The notes under the pieces were generated by a model. That model was given only the letters and a program-made list of their open reading frames with translations, was not told the DNA's origin and did no database searches. Shown one piece after another: positions 46,719 through 55,896 of a stretch of 64,000 nt of DNA. The position numbers and the translations under genes were made by a program. This DNA is from Candidatus Altimarinota bacterium (GTDB taxonomy: Bacteria; Patescibacteriota; Gracilibacteria; CAIRYL01), in contig OZ252287.1 of NCBI GenBank assembly GCA_965250085.1, forward strand, positions 121,065 to 185,064, read 5' to 3'. Position 1 is the stretch's first letter; each line of letters begins with the position of its first letter.

Positions 46719-47288
46719 ATGAAAGAAATAAAAAACATGATCCATATCTCAACACGAGAAGAATGGAGGCAGTGGCTCGAAAAAAACCATAAAAAGGAAG
46801 CAAAAGTTTTTTTAGTGAGTTATAAAAAACACACGGGCAAACCATCAATTACACATCGAGAATCTCTTGAAGAGGCAATTTGTTTCGGATGGATTGATAC
46901 CACTATCAAGAGGTTGGATGATGAGCGATATGGGAGATATTTTGTCAGAAGAACAGATAGCAGTCGATGGAGTGAAAATACTTTGAAGTATGCCAAAGAG
47001 CTTATACGAGAAAAGAGAATGGCACCTGAGGGACTGAGGAGATATAAAGAAGGACTCAAAAAACCAACACATGATCACGGTATTCCCAAAAACCCATCTC
47101 CTCCTCCAGAATTAGAGAGAGCTCTCGCAGAAAATAAAAAAGCAGAAGAAAACTTTAAAAATCTGGCGCCTTCATACAAGAAGACGTATTTACGCTGGCT
47201 ACTGGGTGCCAAAAGAGCAGAGACACGTGAAAAACGAATAACCAGAATCGTGACTCTGATGGAACAAAATAAGAAGCTTGAATTTTAG
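46719..47288 (+). CDS. YdeI/OmpD-associated family protein
   Basis: 189-aa ORF. 'EWRQWLEKNH', 'EAICFGWIDTTIKRLDDERY', 'RRTDSSRWSENT' and 'YKKTYLRWLLGAKRAETREKRI' match the YdeI family layout. Confidence 0.7.
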   Translation: MKEIKNMIHISTREEWRQWLEKNHKKEAKVFLVSYKKHTGKPSITHRESLEEAICFGWIDTTIKRLDDERYGRYFVRRTDSSRWSENTLKYAKELIREKRMAPEGLRRYKEGLKKPTHDHGIPKNPSPPPELERALAENKKAEENFKNLAPSYKKTYLRWLLGAKRAETREKRITRIVTLMEQNKKLEF

Positions 47289-47298
47289 AGAATGATAC

Positions 47299-48399
47299 TC
47301 AAAAGAGTGCTTTTGCAATTTGCTTTTTTAGTGTATCCAGGTTCACTTTTTTCTCTGCGGAAATAAAGACTGGATTGCGATCTTTGTATTTTTTGGCGAG
47401 TTTGATCTTGCCAAATCTTTTACCGGCAACATCAGTTTTATTAAACACCAATATTTGCTTTTTATTACCAATTCCCAGATTTCCCAAAATATAGTCCACC
47501 ACTGCAATTTTCTTTTTCCTTTCTGGATCCGAAACATCTATTACATGAAGCAAGAGATCAGAATGGATGGTTTCTGAAAGGGTAGAGGTAAAAGCGGCAA
47601 TAAGGCGTGGCGGGAGATCGGCAATAAAGCCAATAGTATCAGAAACCAACACATTTTTTTGTGCGTCAGGGAGATAGAGTTTTCCGACTTTTGTATCCAA
47701 GGTGACAAAGAGAGCATTATGAACTTTTACATTTGCTTTTTTCGTCAAAATTTTCATAAGACTTGATTTCCCAGCGTTCGTATATCCTACCAGAGACACA
47801 GTCTTAAAATTTTGCCGTTGCCGCCTTGTTCGTTGGAGATCTTTTGTTTTTTCCACTTTTTTTAATTTTTCGACAATTTTTCTCTCTTGGCGCCTGAGAT
47901 GCCTTTTCATGATTTCAATATTCGTTTCTCCAATTCCACTCGTACCGATACCTCCTCCTTGCCTCGAAAGCTCCATGCCCATTCCAAATATGCGAGGACC
48001 CATATGTCGAATTTTTGCGAGATCAATCTGGAGCTTTGCTTCTGCACTTCCCGCGTGGTCAGAAAAGATTTGCAGAATAAGGTCCATGCGATCCCAGACA
48101 ACAACCCCTTGCTCTTCAAAAATTTCAGTAAGTCGGAATATTTGCTGAGGTTTCAGAATATTATTCAAAATAATGAGATCTATTTTTTGTTTTTCTGCTG
48201 ATTGAATCAACCCGTCAATTGTACTTGTACCAAGATACGTACCATAGTTGATTCGTGGAGGAAGTTGAAGTATTTGAGATCTGTGGATGCCTCCCAATGT
48301 GCGAATTAAGTGCATGAATTCTTCAAGGCGGATCTTTTTGAGAGAAGAAGTCACTTCATCTGGAAGTACATCTATGAGTATGGCATTTTTTTTGCGCAT
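47299..48399 (-). CDS. hflX: GTPase HflX
   Basis: Start moved to 'MRKKNAILIDV'. G1 'VSLVGYTNAGKSSL', G3 'VSDTIGFIADLPPRLIAAFTSTLSE', G4 'FNKTD'. The N-terminal HflX domain has 'GPRIFGMGMELSRQGGGIGTSGIGE'. Confidence 0.9.
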   Translation of the reverse strand: MRKKNAILIDVLPDEVTSSLKKIRLEEFMHLIRTLGGIHRSQILQLPPRINYGTYLGTSTIDGLIQSAEKQKIDLIILNNILKPQQIFRLTEIFEEQGVVVWDRMDLILQIFSDHAGSAEAKLQIDLAKIRHMGPRIFGMGMELSRQGGGIGTSGIGETNIEIMKRHLRRQERKIVEKLKKVEKTKDLQRTRRQRQNFKTVSLVGYTNAGKSSLMKILTKKANVKVHNALFVTLDTKVGKLYLPDAQKNVLVSDTIGFIADLPPRLIAAFTSTLSETIHSDLLLHVIDVSDPERKKKIAVVDYILGNLGIGNKKQILVFNKTDVAGKRFGKIKLAKKYKDRNPVFISAEKKVNLDTLKKQIAKALF

Positions 48400-48430
48400 T
48401 GAATTCAAAACAGCGAAGAAAAAAATACAC

Positions 48431-48461
48431 AAAAAAGGTCCTCTTGAACAGAAGAGAACCC
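48431..48461 (-). terminator. Rho-independent terminator of hup
   Basis: On the minus strand: GGTTCTCTT-CTGTTC-AAGAGGACC (8 of 9 bp pair) followed by TTTTTTGTGTATTTTTT. Confidence 0.7.
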
Positions 48462-48488
48462 TTTTATATTTCTTAAGAGATAGAAGTC

Positions 48489-48770
48489 TTATGTGTTGCG
48501 AACAGCATCTTTAAGACCCTTTCCTGCCTTGAATGTAGGAAGTTTCATAGCAGGGATACTAATTTTCTGACTTGGGTTTCGTGGGTTGACACCTTGTCGG
48601 GCGGCACGATGTGAAACTTTAAAAGTTCCAAAACCAGTAAGAGTAACATTGGTGCCTCTTTTGAGGGAACCGGTAATACCATCGAGGAGTGCGCCAAGTG
48701 CATCGCCAGCAGCACGCTTTGTGATACCAGACTTGCTGGCCATGTGAGCAATAAGATCTTGCTTCGTCAT
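48489..48770 (-). CDS. hup: HU family DNA-binding protein
   Basis: 93-aa ORF. 'MTKQDLIAHMA...GFGTFKVSHRAARQGVNPRNPSQKISIPAMKLPTFKAGKGLKDAV'. Confidence 0.95.
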   Translation of the reverse strand: MTKQDLIAHMASKSGITKRAAGDALGALLDGITGSLKRGTNVTLTGFGTFKVSHRAARQGVNPRNPSQKISIPAMKLPTFKAGKGLKDAVRNT

Positions 48771-49065
48771 AAAAAAAGGGATAAAAGAGTAAAACTGCGG
48801 GAATTCTAGAGCGAAAAATGCAAAAAATCAAGTATGTCAGACGCGTTCGTAATGAGTCTTATTAAAGCCATTTTTCAGACCTGTTGTATACAAGTTTTTT
48901 CCAACGAATTTCGAGAAAAACCAGTTTTTTCATATAAAAACCAACAATTGAACTCTCTATAGGTTTCAAACCCATAAGTACAATAGATATTCCTCTTGCC
49001 TAGACACTGAGAAAGAAAATCGTCAAAATGCGCGAGATTGTGTTTTGAACATTAACTGTATCCAC

Positions 49066-50433
49066 ATGAATACTCCTCAGAAATTTTTTGGATTTATTTT
49101 GCTCCCAGTCCTCACGTTTATTTTGGGATTTTCTTTTGCATCTGAATATCAAAAAGCTTCAAAAGGGCCTTCTCTTTCTTCTCGTCCGGATAAGAGCATC
49201 CATAATACGGCAGAAGAGATAGATCTCAAAAGTTTCCAAATGGCTTTAGAGAGTTGGGAAGAACATGCAGAGCGATCTGAAGATGAAAATATAGAAAAAT
49301 TTAAAGCTTCCCTCAAAAAAACAGAACGATTAGTACAAAGTCTTAAGAAATTGGATTTAGACATCCTGTGGGAAACGATAGGGGTACTCGAAGAAAAATA
49401 TGTAGAACCAGAGAAAATAGATTTTCTCAAAATGGCAGAGGGAGCTATCAAAGGTGTTGTCTTTAGCGTTGGAGATCCTTACTCTACATACCTTACGGCG
49501 GAAGAAAGTAAAGACTTTAATGATGATCTTGCAGGGGAGCTAGAGGGAGTAGGGGCAGAACTCACCATGAAAAATGGATTTGTAACAGTTGTTTCACCTC
49601 TTAAAAACTCACCAGCTAGTAAAGGAGGGATCTTGCCAGAAGATGTGATTATTCAGGTAAATGATGAAGATATCACCAACAAAAGCTTGGGAGAGGTGGT
49701 TAAAAAAATAAGAGGACCCCGAGGGACCTCTGTTTCACTCACGCTCCTCAGGCGTAATGTCCCAGATCCCATAGTGGTAGAAATTGTCCGTCAGAAGATC
49801 ATTGTAGAAAGTGTGAGCCTTGAAATGAATGATGACATTGCTGTGCTAGAGGTAAATCAATTTGGAGACCGTACTGAAAAAGAGTTTGAAAAACATGTTC
49901 GTGATCTCATCACCAAAAATCCAAAAGGAGTAGTCCTCGATCTCAGATTTAACCCAGGTGGATATTTGGAAACAGCCATTGCGCTGGTTTCTATATTTGT
50001 CAAAGAAGGAAAAGTTGTAGTGCAAAAAGAAAGGGCTCCAAGTGTCGTAAACAAATATGTATATGACGGCAAAGCTCTTACGGATCTTCCTTTGGTAGTG
50101 CTCATTAATAAGGGGAGTGCAAGCGCTGCAGAGATTGTCGCTGGAGCCTTACAGGATCATGAGAGAGCTCTTGTAGTGGGGGAGCAGAGTTTTGGGAAAG
50201 GCACAGTGCAGGAAATTATTCCACTCTCAGATGGTTCAAATGTCAGACTTACTGTTGCCAAATGGCTCACTCCTGAAGGAAGAGATATTTCTGAAGTTGG
50301 TATTACTCCAGATATTGTTATAGAACGAACTCCAGAAGACTTTGAAAATGATCTTGATCCACAAATGGAGACCGCCCTCAAAATTCTCAGGGAAGCGCAA
50401 ACGTTAGAAGATTTGAAGGGAAATGAAAATTAG
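49066..50433 (+). CDS. S41 family C-terminal processing peptidase (PDZ domain)
   Basis: N-terminal TM 'FFGFILLPVLTFILGFSF'. PDZ 'SPLKNSPASKGGILPEDVIIQVNDEDI'. Catalytic region 'VVLDLRFNPGGYL' and 'LINKGSASAAEIVAGALQD'. Confidence 0.9.
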   Translation: MNTPQKFFGFILLPVLTFILGFSFASEYQKASKGPSLSSRPDKSIHNTAEEIDLKSFQMALESWEEHAERSEDENIEKFKASLKKTERLVQSLKKLDLDILWETIGVLEEKYVEPEKIDFLKMAEGAIKGVVFSVGDPYSTYLTAEESKDFNDDLAGELEGVGAELTMKNGFVTVVSPLKNSPASKGGILPEDVIIQVNDEDITNKSLGEVVKKIRGPRGTSVSLTLLRRNVPDPIVVEIVRQKIIVESVSLEMNDDIAVLEVNQFGDRTEKEFEKHVRDLITKNPKGVVLDLRFNPGGYLETAIALVSIFVKEGKVVVQKERAPSVVNKYVYDGKALTDLPLVVLINKGSASAAEIVAGALQDHERALVVGEQSFGKGTVQEIIPLSDGSNVRLTVAKWLTPEGRDISEVGITPDIVIERTPEDFENDLDPQMETALKILREAQTLEDLKGNEN

Positions 50434-51005
50434 TATTTTTTCTTACTCATTTCGTACACACCTTCCAGCCACTTCTCAAGATATTCTGGAGTTCGTTTGC
50501 GTTTAAAAGAAAGAAGCCTAAATGATATGAGCTTGAGGCCACAAAATCCTAATCGTCCCAAATTCCAACTCGTTTTAAATGGCTTGCAAACACTATAAAA
50601 CCAACTGGGGCCATCAGCAGTGATAAAAATACGGGCAATTTTTCCCTTGAGGAGTTGGCGGGGGAGAAATTTACTGTCTTTTGTGTATCGATATGCAAAT
50701 CCAGAGGTAAAGTTCATATCTACCCAGTTTTTGAGAATTGCAGGAGCATCAAACCACCACAGAGGATGCACAATCACAATTTCATCAGCCCAAGTGATTT
50801 TCTCCTGCATTTTGGTACGAACCGGATCATCTGGCCAATTTCTCACATCTTCAAATTCCAGAAAATCTTGCCGATTTTCAGGTGCATAGAGATCTATAAC
50901 TTCCACATTCTTCCCCGATTCTTCAGCGCCTTTTCTATATATATTTGCAATGCGATGAGTAAAGCCTTTGGAGCTTGGATGAGCGGTAACAATGAGTATA
51001 TTCAT
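50430..51005 (-). CDS. flavodoxin-like fold NAD(P)H (quinone) oxidoreductase
   Basis: Start at 'MNILIVTAHPSSKGFTHRIA'. 'ADEIVIVHPLWWFDAPAILKNWVD' is typical of the Flavodoxin_2/FMN-reductase family. Confidence 0.75.
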   Translation of the reverse strand: MNILIVTAHPSSKGFTHRIANIYRKGAEESGKNVEVIDLYAPENRQDFLEFEDVRNWPDDPVRTKMQEKITWADEIVIVHPLWWFDAPAILKNWVDMNFTSGFAYRYTKDSKFLPRQLLKGKIARIFITADGPSWFYSVCKPFKTSWNLGRLGFCGLKLISFRLLSFKRKRTPEYLEKWLEGVYEMSKKKY

Positions 51006-51024
51006 AAGGAAGAAAAAAGAGAGT

Positions 51025-51549
51025 TTATACACCCGATTGTAGAAGAAAGAAGAATATTGTTCCAATAAGAAAGGCAAGAAAAATAACAAAAAAGAGAAAT
51101 TTTCTTACCTGTAAAGAGTGAACTTTGCTTTGTAAATGTTGTATCTCATCTTCTTGCTCTCCAAGAATTGACTGCAAATCCTTTTGAGCATTACGAGATT
51201 CAAGAAGAGGAACTGAATGCCTGAGCTCTGACTCTAAAAATCCTAACTTTTGATGAAGTTGCATAAGGAGCACATCCTTCTTCTCGAGTTCTTTTTTTGT
51301 TTCTTTCAAAAGAATTTTATATTTTTGAGGAGACTCATAGATTTCTTCATCTGATGTTGCAGGCAGTACATGAAGATTATGAGCGTTACGCGATTTCTGA
51401 AAAGCTTGAACATCCCCCATGCGAAAAAATATGCGCCCTTTTTTTCGTACAGAGTTCAGTTTTTTCCCCTTTACATACCGATCAAGGGTGCGAGTCGATA
51501 CTTCAAGGATTTCGGCCGCCTCATGTCTTCCGATCAAATTTTGGATCAT
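51025..51549 (-). CDS. HTH (excisionase/MerR-like) protein with coiled coil and C-terminal TM anchor
   Basis: 174-aa ORF. 'IGRHEAAEILEVSTRTLDRYVKGKKL', a central heptad-rich region, and C-terminal 'FLFFVIFLAFLIGTIFFFLL'. Confidence 0.55.
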   Translation of the reverse strand: MIQNLIGRHEAAEILEVSTRTLDRYVKGKKLNSVRKKGRIFFRMGDVQAFQKSRNAHNLHVLPATSDEEIYESPQKYKILLKETKKELEKKDVLLMQLHQKLGFLESELRHSVPLLESRNAQKDLQSILGEQEDEIQHLQSKVHSLQVRKFLFFVIFLAFLIGTIFFFLLQSGV

Positions 51550-51707
51550 ATGCTGTACAGAGGAAACAAAGAAGATCTTTCTCTATTGTTGCCAAAACTC
51601 TATCAAAAAGACAAGAAAATCGTGCAAAAACCACAAGTTTTTTAGAAAATACTTGAAGAAAAGGTATAAAAACCGTCACAATGTAAACGGTAAAACTTCA
51701 AAAAAAT

Positions 51708-53132
51708 ATGCTGAGACGATTTTTGTTTTCTATCACGGCTCTTTTTTCCCTCTTTTTTTTCCTTGGAGCGAGCGATTCTTTTGCTGCTGTGCCAAGTGAA
51801 TGGAAAATTAACATCACCCTCAAGCATGAATATTATCACTTTGTCCTACCCCTCAGATCCGCTCCTTCGGATCACTTTTTTCAACAGAAAAAAGTGATTT
51901 CTCCTCAGACAATTTCTCTCTCAGGAGAGAATCCATTTTTTTGCTCTGATGATGAATCAGAGCAAAGTGAAATAAATGAGTCAGAAATATTCGATGAATG
52001 GGAGGTAAATGGAGAAGAAATCTCCAATTTTCTTCAAAAAAAAGTCAGTCCAAAGATTGGAAGAGCTGCCAGCAATGTTACCATCTCTCGAGACGAACAT
52101 GGAAACATCGCTTTTGATGGATATGCAGACTTTGGAGAAGAACTCGATATAGAAGCCTCTACCAAACTTATTGCTGAAGCTATTTATAATGGGGTTCCGC
52201 AAGTACACTTGGCCGTGATAAAAACAGATCCAGTAGTGACAGTATTGGACGAAGAACTCAGAGAGAAAGGGATTACAAGCCTCCTTTCCGTAGGAAGAAG
52301 TGATTTTACTGGGTCCCCTCGAAACAGGGTGCACAACATTGGAGTAGGGGCAAACAGATTTAACGGACTTCTCATTGAGCAAGGACAGGAGTTTTCATTT
52401 AATCAGCATCTCGGAAGAGTAGATGGATCTACTGGATATCTCAAAGAATTGGTAATCGTGGGTCCAAAAACTATTCCAGAATATGGTGGAGGGCTCTGCC
52501 AAGTGTCTTCTACCACATATAGAGGGGCAATGCTTGCCGGTTTTCCTATTGTAGAAAGAAAAAATCATTCATACTCAGTCGTGTATTATCATCCTGTCGG
52601 AAGCGATGCCACTATTTACCCAGGATCTGCAGATTTTAAATTCATGAATGACACGCCAGGAGCAATTCTTATTCAAACTCAGGCGAAAGGAGAGGAATTG
52701 TATTTTCACTATTATGGCACCAAAGATGAGAGACAAGTGAGCCTCATGGGGCCATATACATGGGGATATGTGAGTGCACCGGCACCAAAACACACCACTT
52801 CTAATGACATTCCTGTAGGAACGAGTCAGCAGTTGTCTGGATACCATCCAGGACTCAGCAGCTCTTGGTATCGAAAAGTTCAATATCAAGAAGAAGAGCA
52901 AATATCTTCTGATCAGGAAAAATCTGTAGAAATTGTGTTCTTAGAAGAAGAAACTCCTTCGGATGAGCCTGAACAGGAAGTGCCAAATGAGGGACTTGCT
53001 CCTAAAGACAACTGGGAAGCATATCACTCCAAGTATCAGGCGAGAGGCGTATGGGTCGTCACTGGCGTATCTGCAGAAGAATCTTCTGAAGAAAATAATT
53101 CTTCTTCTGATGGAAGTTGGATAGCTGAATAA
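51708..53132 (+). CDS. VanW family protein
   Basis: 474-aa ORF with a signal peptide. 'YGGGLCQVSSTTYRGAMLAGFPIVERKNHSYSVVYYHPVGSDATIYPGSADFKFMNDT' is the VanW core. Confidence 0.85.
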   Translation: MLRRFLFSITALFSLFFFLGASDSFAAVPSEWKINITLKHEYYHFVLPLRSAPSDHFFQQKKVISPQTISLSGENPFFCSDDESEQSEINESEIFDEWEVNGEEISNFLQKKVSPKIGRAASNVTISRDEHGNIAFDGYADFGEELDIEASTKLIAEAIYNGVPQVHLAVIKTDPVVTVLDEELREKGITSLLSVGRSDFTGSPRNRVHNIGVGANRFNGLLIEQGQEFSFNQHLGRVDGSTGYLKELVIVGPKTIPEYGGGLCQVSSTTYRGAMLAGFPIVERKNHSYSVVYYHPVGSDATIYPGSADFKFMNDTPGAILIQTQAKGEELYFHYYGTKDERQVSLMGPYTWGYVSAPAPKHTTSNDIPVGTSQQLSGYHPGLSSSWYRKVQYQEEEQISSDQEKSVEIVFLEEETPSDEPEQEVPNEGLAPKDNWEAYHSKYQARGVWVVTGVSAEESSEENNSSSDGSWIAE

Positions 53133-53141
53133 TGTTTTTGA

Positions 53142-54824
53142 ATGAACAAAACCTGCGTCCACTGCTCGGCCGAGTTTAAAATCACAGATAAAGATTTAAA
53201 GTTTTATGACAGCGTTTCACCTATTTTTTCTGGGAAAAAATATCAAATTCCTGAGCCAACACATTGTCCCAAATGTAGGCAGCTGAGAAGAATGGCATTT
53301 CGAAATGAAAGAAATTTGTACAGAAGAAAACAGTCCCGAGAGGACAAAGAAATGATTTCTATTTATTCTCCCGACAAAAAGTATAATATTTTGCATCCAA
53401 ATGCTTGGTGGAGCGATCAGTGGAATGCACTTGATTATGGTCAAGAATTTGATTTTTCATGTGGTTTTTTTGAACAATTTTCAAATCTTTTAAGAAAAAC
53501 TCCTCTTTTGGGATTATGCGCGCTCGGATGTGAAAATGCAGAGTATGTAAATTATTGTGGATATTCAAGAAATGCTTATCTTTCCTATAATTCTGATTAT
53601 TCAGAAAATCTTCTCTATAGTTCTGATTGCATCCAATGCAAAGATGTTATTGATTGCCTCAAATGCTCTCATTCAGAACTCTGCTATGAATGCGTAGACG
53701 TACATAATTCTTATAACACTTCATATTCTCAGTTATGTGAGAATTGTTCAAATTCTAAATTTTTATTTGACTGCCATAGTTGCCATGACTGTTTTGGATC
53801 AGCGGGCTTGAGAAATAAAAAACATATTTTCCTGAATACGCAATACTCGAAAGAAGAATATAATCATAAAATTCAAGAACTGGAACAATTTTCGCGAGAA
53901 AAAATAAAAAAAGATGTACAAAAATCGTGGAATGAAATTCCAAGAATTTGTGCTCAAATACGAAATTCTAAAAACGTAAGTGGAGATTATGTCTCTCATT
54001 CAAAAGGAATTGAACGTAGTTTTGACATACAGCAGTGTGAAGATATTAAATATTGCGGAACACTTAACACAGCAAAAAATTGCTATGATTGGGATTATAC
54101 TGGATACAACTCTGAACTCTGCTATGAGCTCTCCAGTTGCGGAGATAGAATCTACAACTCTTCATTTTCGTGCAATATATGGTCAGGTGGGAAAGATACT
54201 TTTTATTGTTTTCTGGGTTCAGCAATGAAAAACTGCTTTGGCTGCGTTGGACTGAGACACAAGAAATACTGCATCTTGAACAAACAGTACAGCAAGGAAG
54301 AATATGAAGAACTGGTTCCAAAGATCATAGAACATATGAGAGAAACAGGAGAATGGGGAGAGTTTTTTCCAGTAGAGCTGTCACCCTTTGCCTATAACGA
54401 AACCGTAGCGCAAGAATACTATCCACTCACCAAAGAAGAAGTCCTTAAGAAAGGATGGAAATGGAAAGAAGAAGAGGAACCAGATTTTTCTGATGTGAGT
54501 AAAAAGATCCCAGCTGCCCAACTTCCAGAGAAGATAAAAGACATTCCTGACGATATTCTTTCTTGGGCACTAGAGTGTCAGGAAACCAAGAAGCTGTACA
54601 AGATCCAGAAAGCAGAGCTTGAATTCTATCGCAAGCAACATCTTCCGATTCCTCATTTACATCCAGACGTAAGACACCAGAAGCGGATGTCACTGAGGAA
54701 TCCCAGAAAGCTCTACTCAAGGACTTGTGACAAGTGCAGCAAATCAATACAAACCACTTATTCACCAGAGAGACCGGAGACGGTATACTGCGAAGAGTGT
54801 TATTTGAAAGAGATTTATGAATAA
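53142..54824 (+). CDS. cysteine-rich multi-zinc-ribbon protein with internal duplication (uncharacterised)
   Basis: 560-aa ORF with dozens of Cys in CxxC-type pairs. Repeated modules include 'CFGSAGLRNKKHIFLNTQYSKEEYNHKI' and 'CFGCVGLRHKKYCILNKQYSKEEYEELV'. The terminal modules are related ('KITDKDLKFY...CPKCRQLRRMAFRNERNLYRRK' and 'KIQKAELEFY...RHQKRMSLRNPRKLYSRTCDKC'). Confidence 0.7.
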   Translation: MNKTCVHCSAEFKITDKDLKFYDSVSPIFSGKKYQIPEPTHCPKCRQLRRMAFRNERNLYRRKQSREDKEMISIYSPDKKYNILHPNAWWSDQWNALDYGQEFDFSCGFFEQFSNLLRKTPLLGLCALGCENAEYVNYCGYSRNAYLSYNSDYSENLLYSSDCIQCKDVIDCLKCSHSELCYECVDVHNSYNTSYSQLCENCSNSKFLFDCHSCHDCFGSAGLRNKKHIFLNTQYSKEEYNHKIQELEQFSREKIKKDVQKSWNEIPRICAQIRNSKNVSGDYVSHSKGIERSFDIQQCEDIKYCGTLNTAKNCYDWDYTGYNSELCYELSSCGDRIYNSSFSCNIWSGGKDTFYCFLGSAMKNCFGCVGLRHKKYCILNKQYSKEEYEELVPKIIEHMRETGEWGEFFPVELSPFAYNETVAQEYYPLTKEEVLKKGWKWKEEEEPDFSDVSKKIPAAQLPEKIKDIPDDILSWALECQETKKLYKIQKAELEFYRKQHLPIPHLHPDVRHQKRMSLRNPRKLYSRTCDKCSKSIQTTYSPERPETVYCEECYLKEIYE

Positions 54825-54833
54825 TGTGAATTT

Positions 54834-55491
54834 ATGAAAAACGGAATCGATAAAGAGATACGATTACAGGCGTCACAAACATGTGTCATCGTTATTGATC
54901 CTCAGAAAGGTTTTACTTCTGAGGGATCATTTGGAAAAGCATTTTCCAAAAAAGATATAAAACCCATAGAAGAATCTTTTGAAAAATTAGAAAATTTTAT
55001 AAATGCTCTTCCTCCAGAGGTTTATCGTATTTTTGTGAAATCTCAATACAGAAAAGGACAGTTCACAAGTGGTCAGCTCCATGAGCCACTCTCTTCACTT
55101 TGTGTTCCAGAAGCTCATAATAACGATATGGAATTTGCTATTACCAAGCCATCTGAAGAGACTCTTGTTTATAAATCTCAAAATAATTCCCTCGCTTCTC
55201 CAGAATTTCTTCAATAATATCCTCAGTGTAAGGAAAGAAGGGGTTGTAAGTTTTGTCCTCGGAGGATGTACTCTTACCACCTGTGTTTATGAGACGACTA
55301 CGTCTCTCAGGAGGTTCCTGACTTCCTTGGATTCAGATACAGTGCGATCTGAAGTTATACTTCCTTTAAGTATCGCGGGAGCACGAAAAAGTCATTACGA
55401 GAGTGAAAAAGTAAATACGGTCATTGCGGAGCTTCGAGAAGTAGGAATTGAAGTGTTAGACCTCGCAAAGAAAATAGTGTTCACGGAGTAA
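54834..55491 (+). pseudogene. isochorismatase/cysteine-hydrolase family gene interrupted by a +1 frameshift
   Basis: Frame A (54834-55217) carries the N-terminal 'QTCVIVIDPQKGFTSEG'. Frame B (to 55491) carries 'KEGVVSFVLGGCTLTTCVYETT' (catalytic Cys region). The frames switch near 55200-55217. Confidence 0.6.
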
Positions 55492-55553
55492 AAATTTGAC
55501 ATAAAAATAAAAATATAGTACATATGTAACATGTTGCAAGTAATCATTCTTAT

Positions 55554-55787
55554 ATGCTGAGTTCAGAAAAAACGAAAGGTATGATAGCCGCTACTCAAAA
55601 AGGCAGGCATGATTTTCATGAATCACTTGTCATTGGGGCCGAAGGAACATCTCATATGACTTTCACAAGACGAGAGGGAGAAACGAACGATACTTTTCAG
55701 AAGAGGATAGATAAAGCAAGTAGTGCATATAGGGGACAAATAAATGCAAGAGTGGTGAGGATTCCTCGTGGTCTGGACGCTAAGTAA
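55554..55787 (+). CDS. hypothetical small protein
   Basis: 77-aa ORF with no recognisable motif. Confidence 0.3.
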   Translation: MLSSEKTKGMIAATQKGRHDFHESLVIGAEGTSHMTFTRREGETNDTFQKRIDKASSAYRGQINARVVRIPRGLDAK

Positions 55788-55896
55788 TTTCCTAAAATCT
55801 TTATGGTAAGGGAATTTTCTCCATTTTCTCTTTTCAGATTTACCCCATTCCCGTACAATCTGCGGGAATTTTTTTGTTGTATCACACTTTTTTTTT

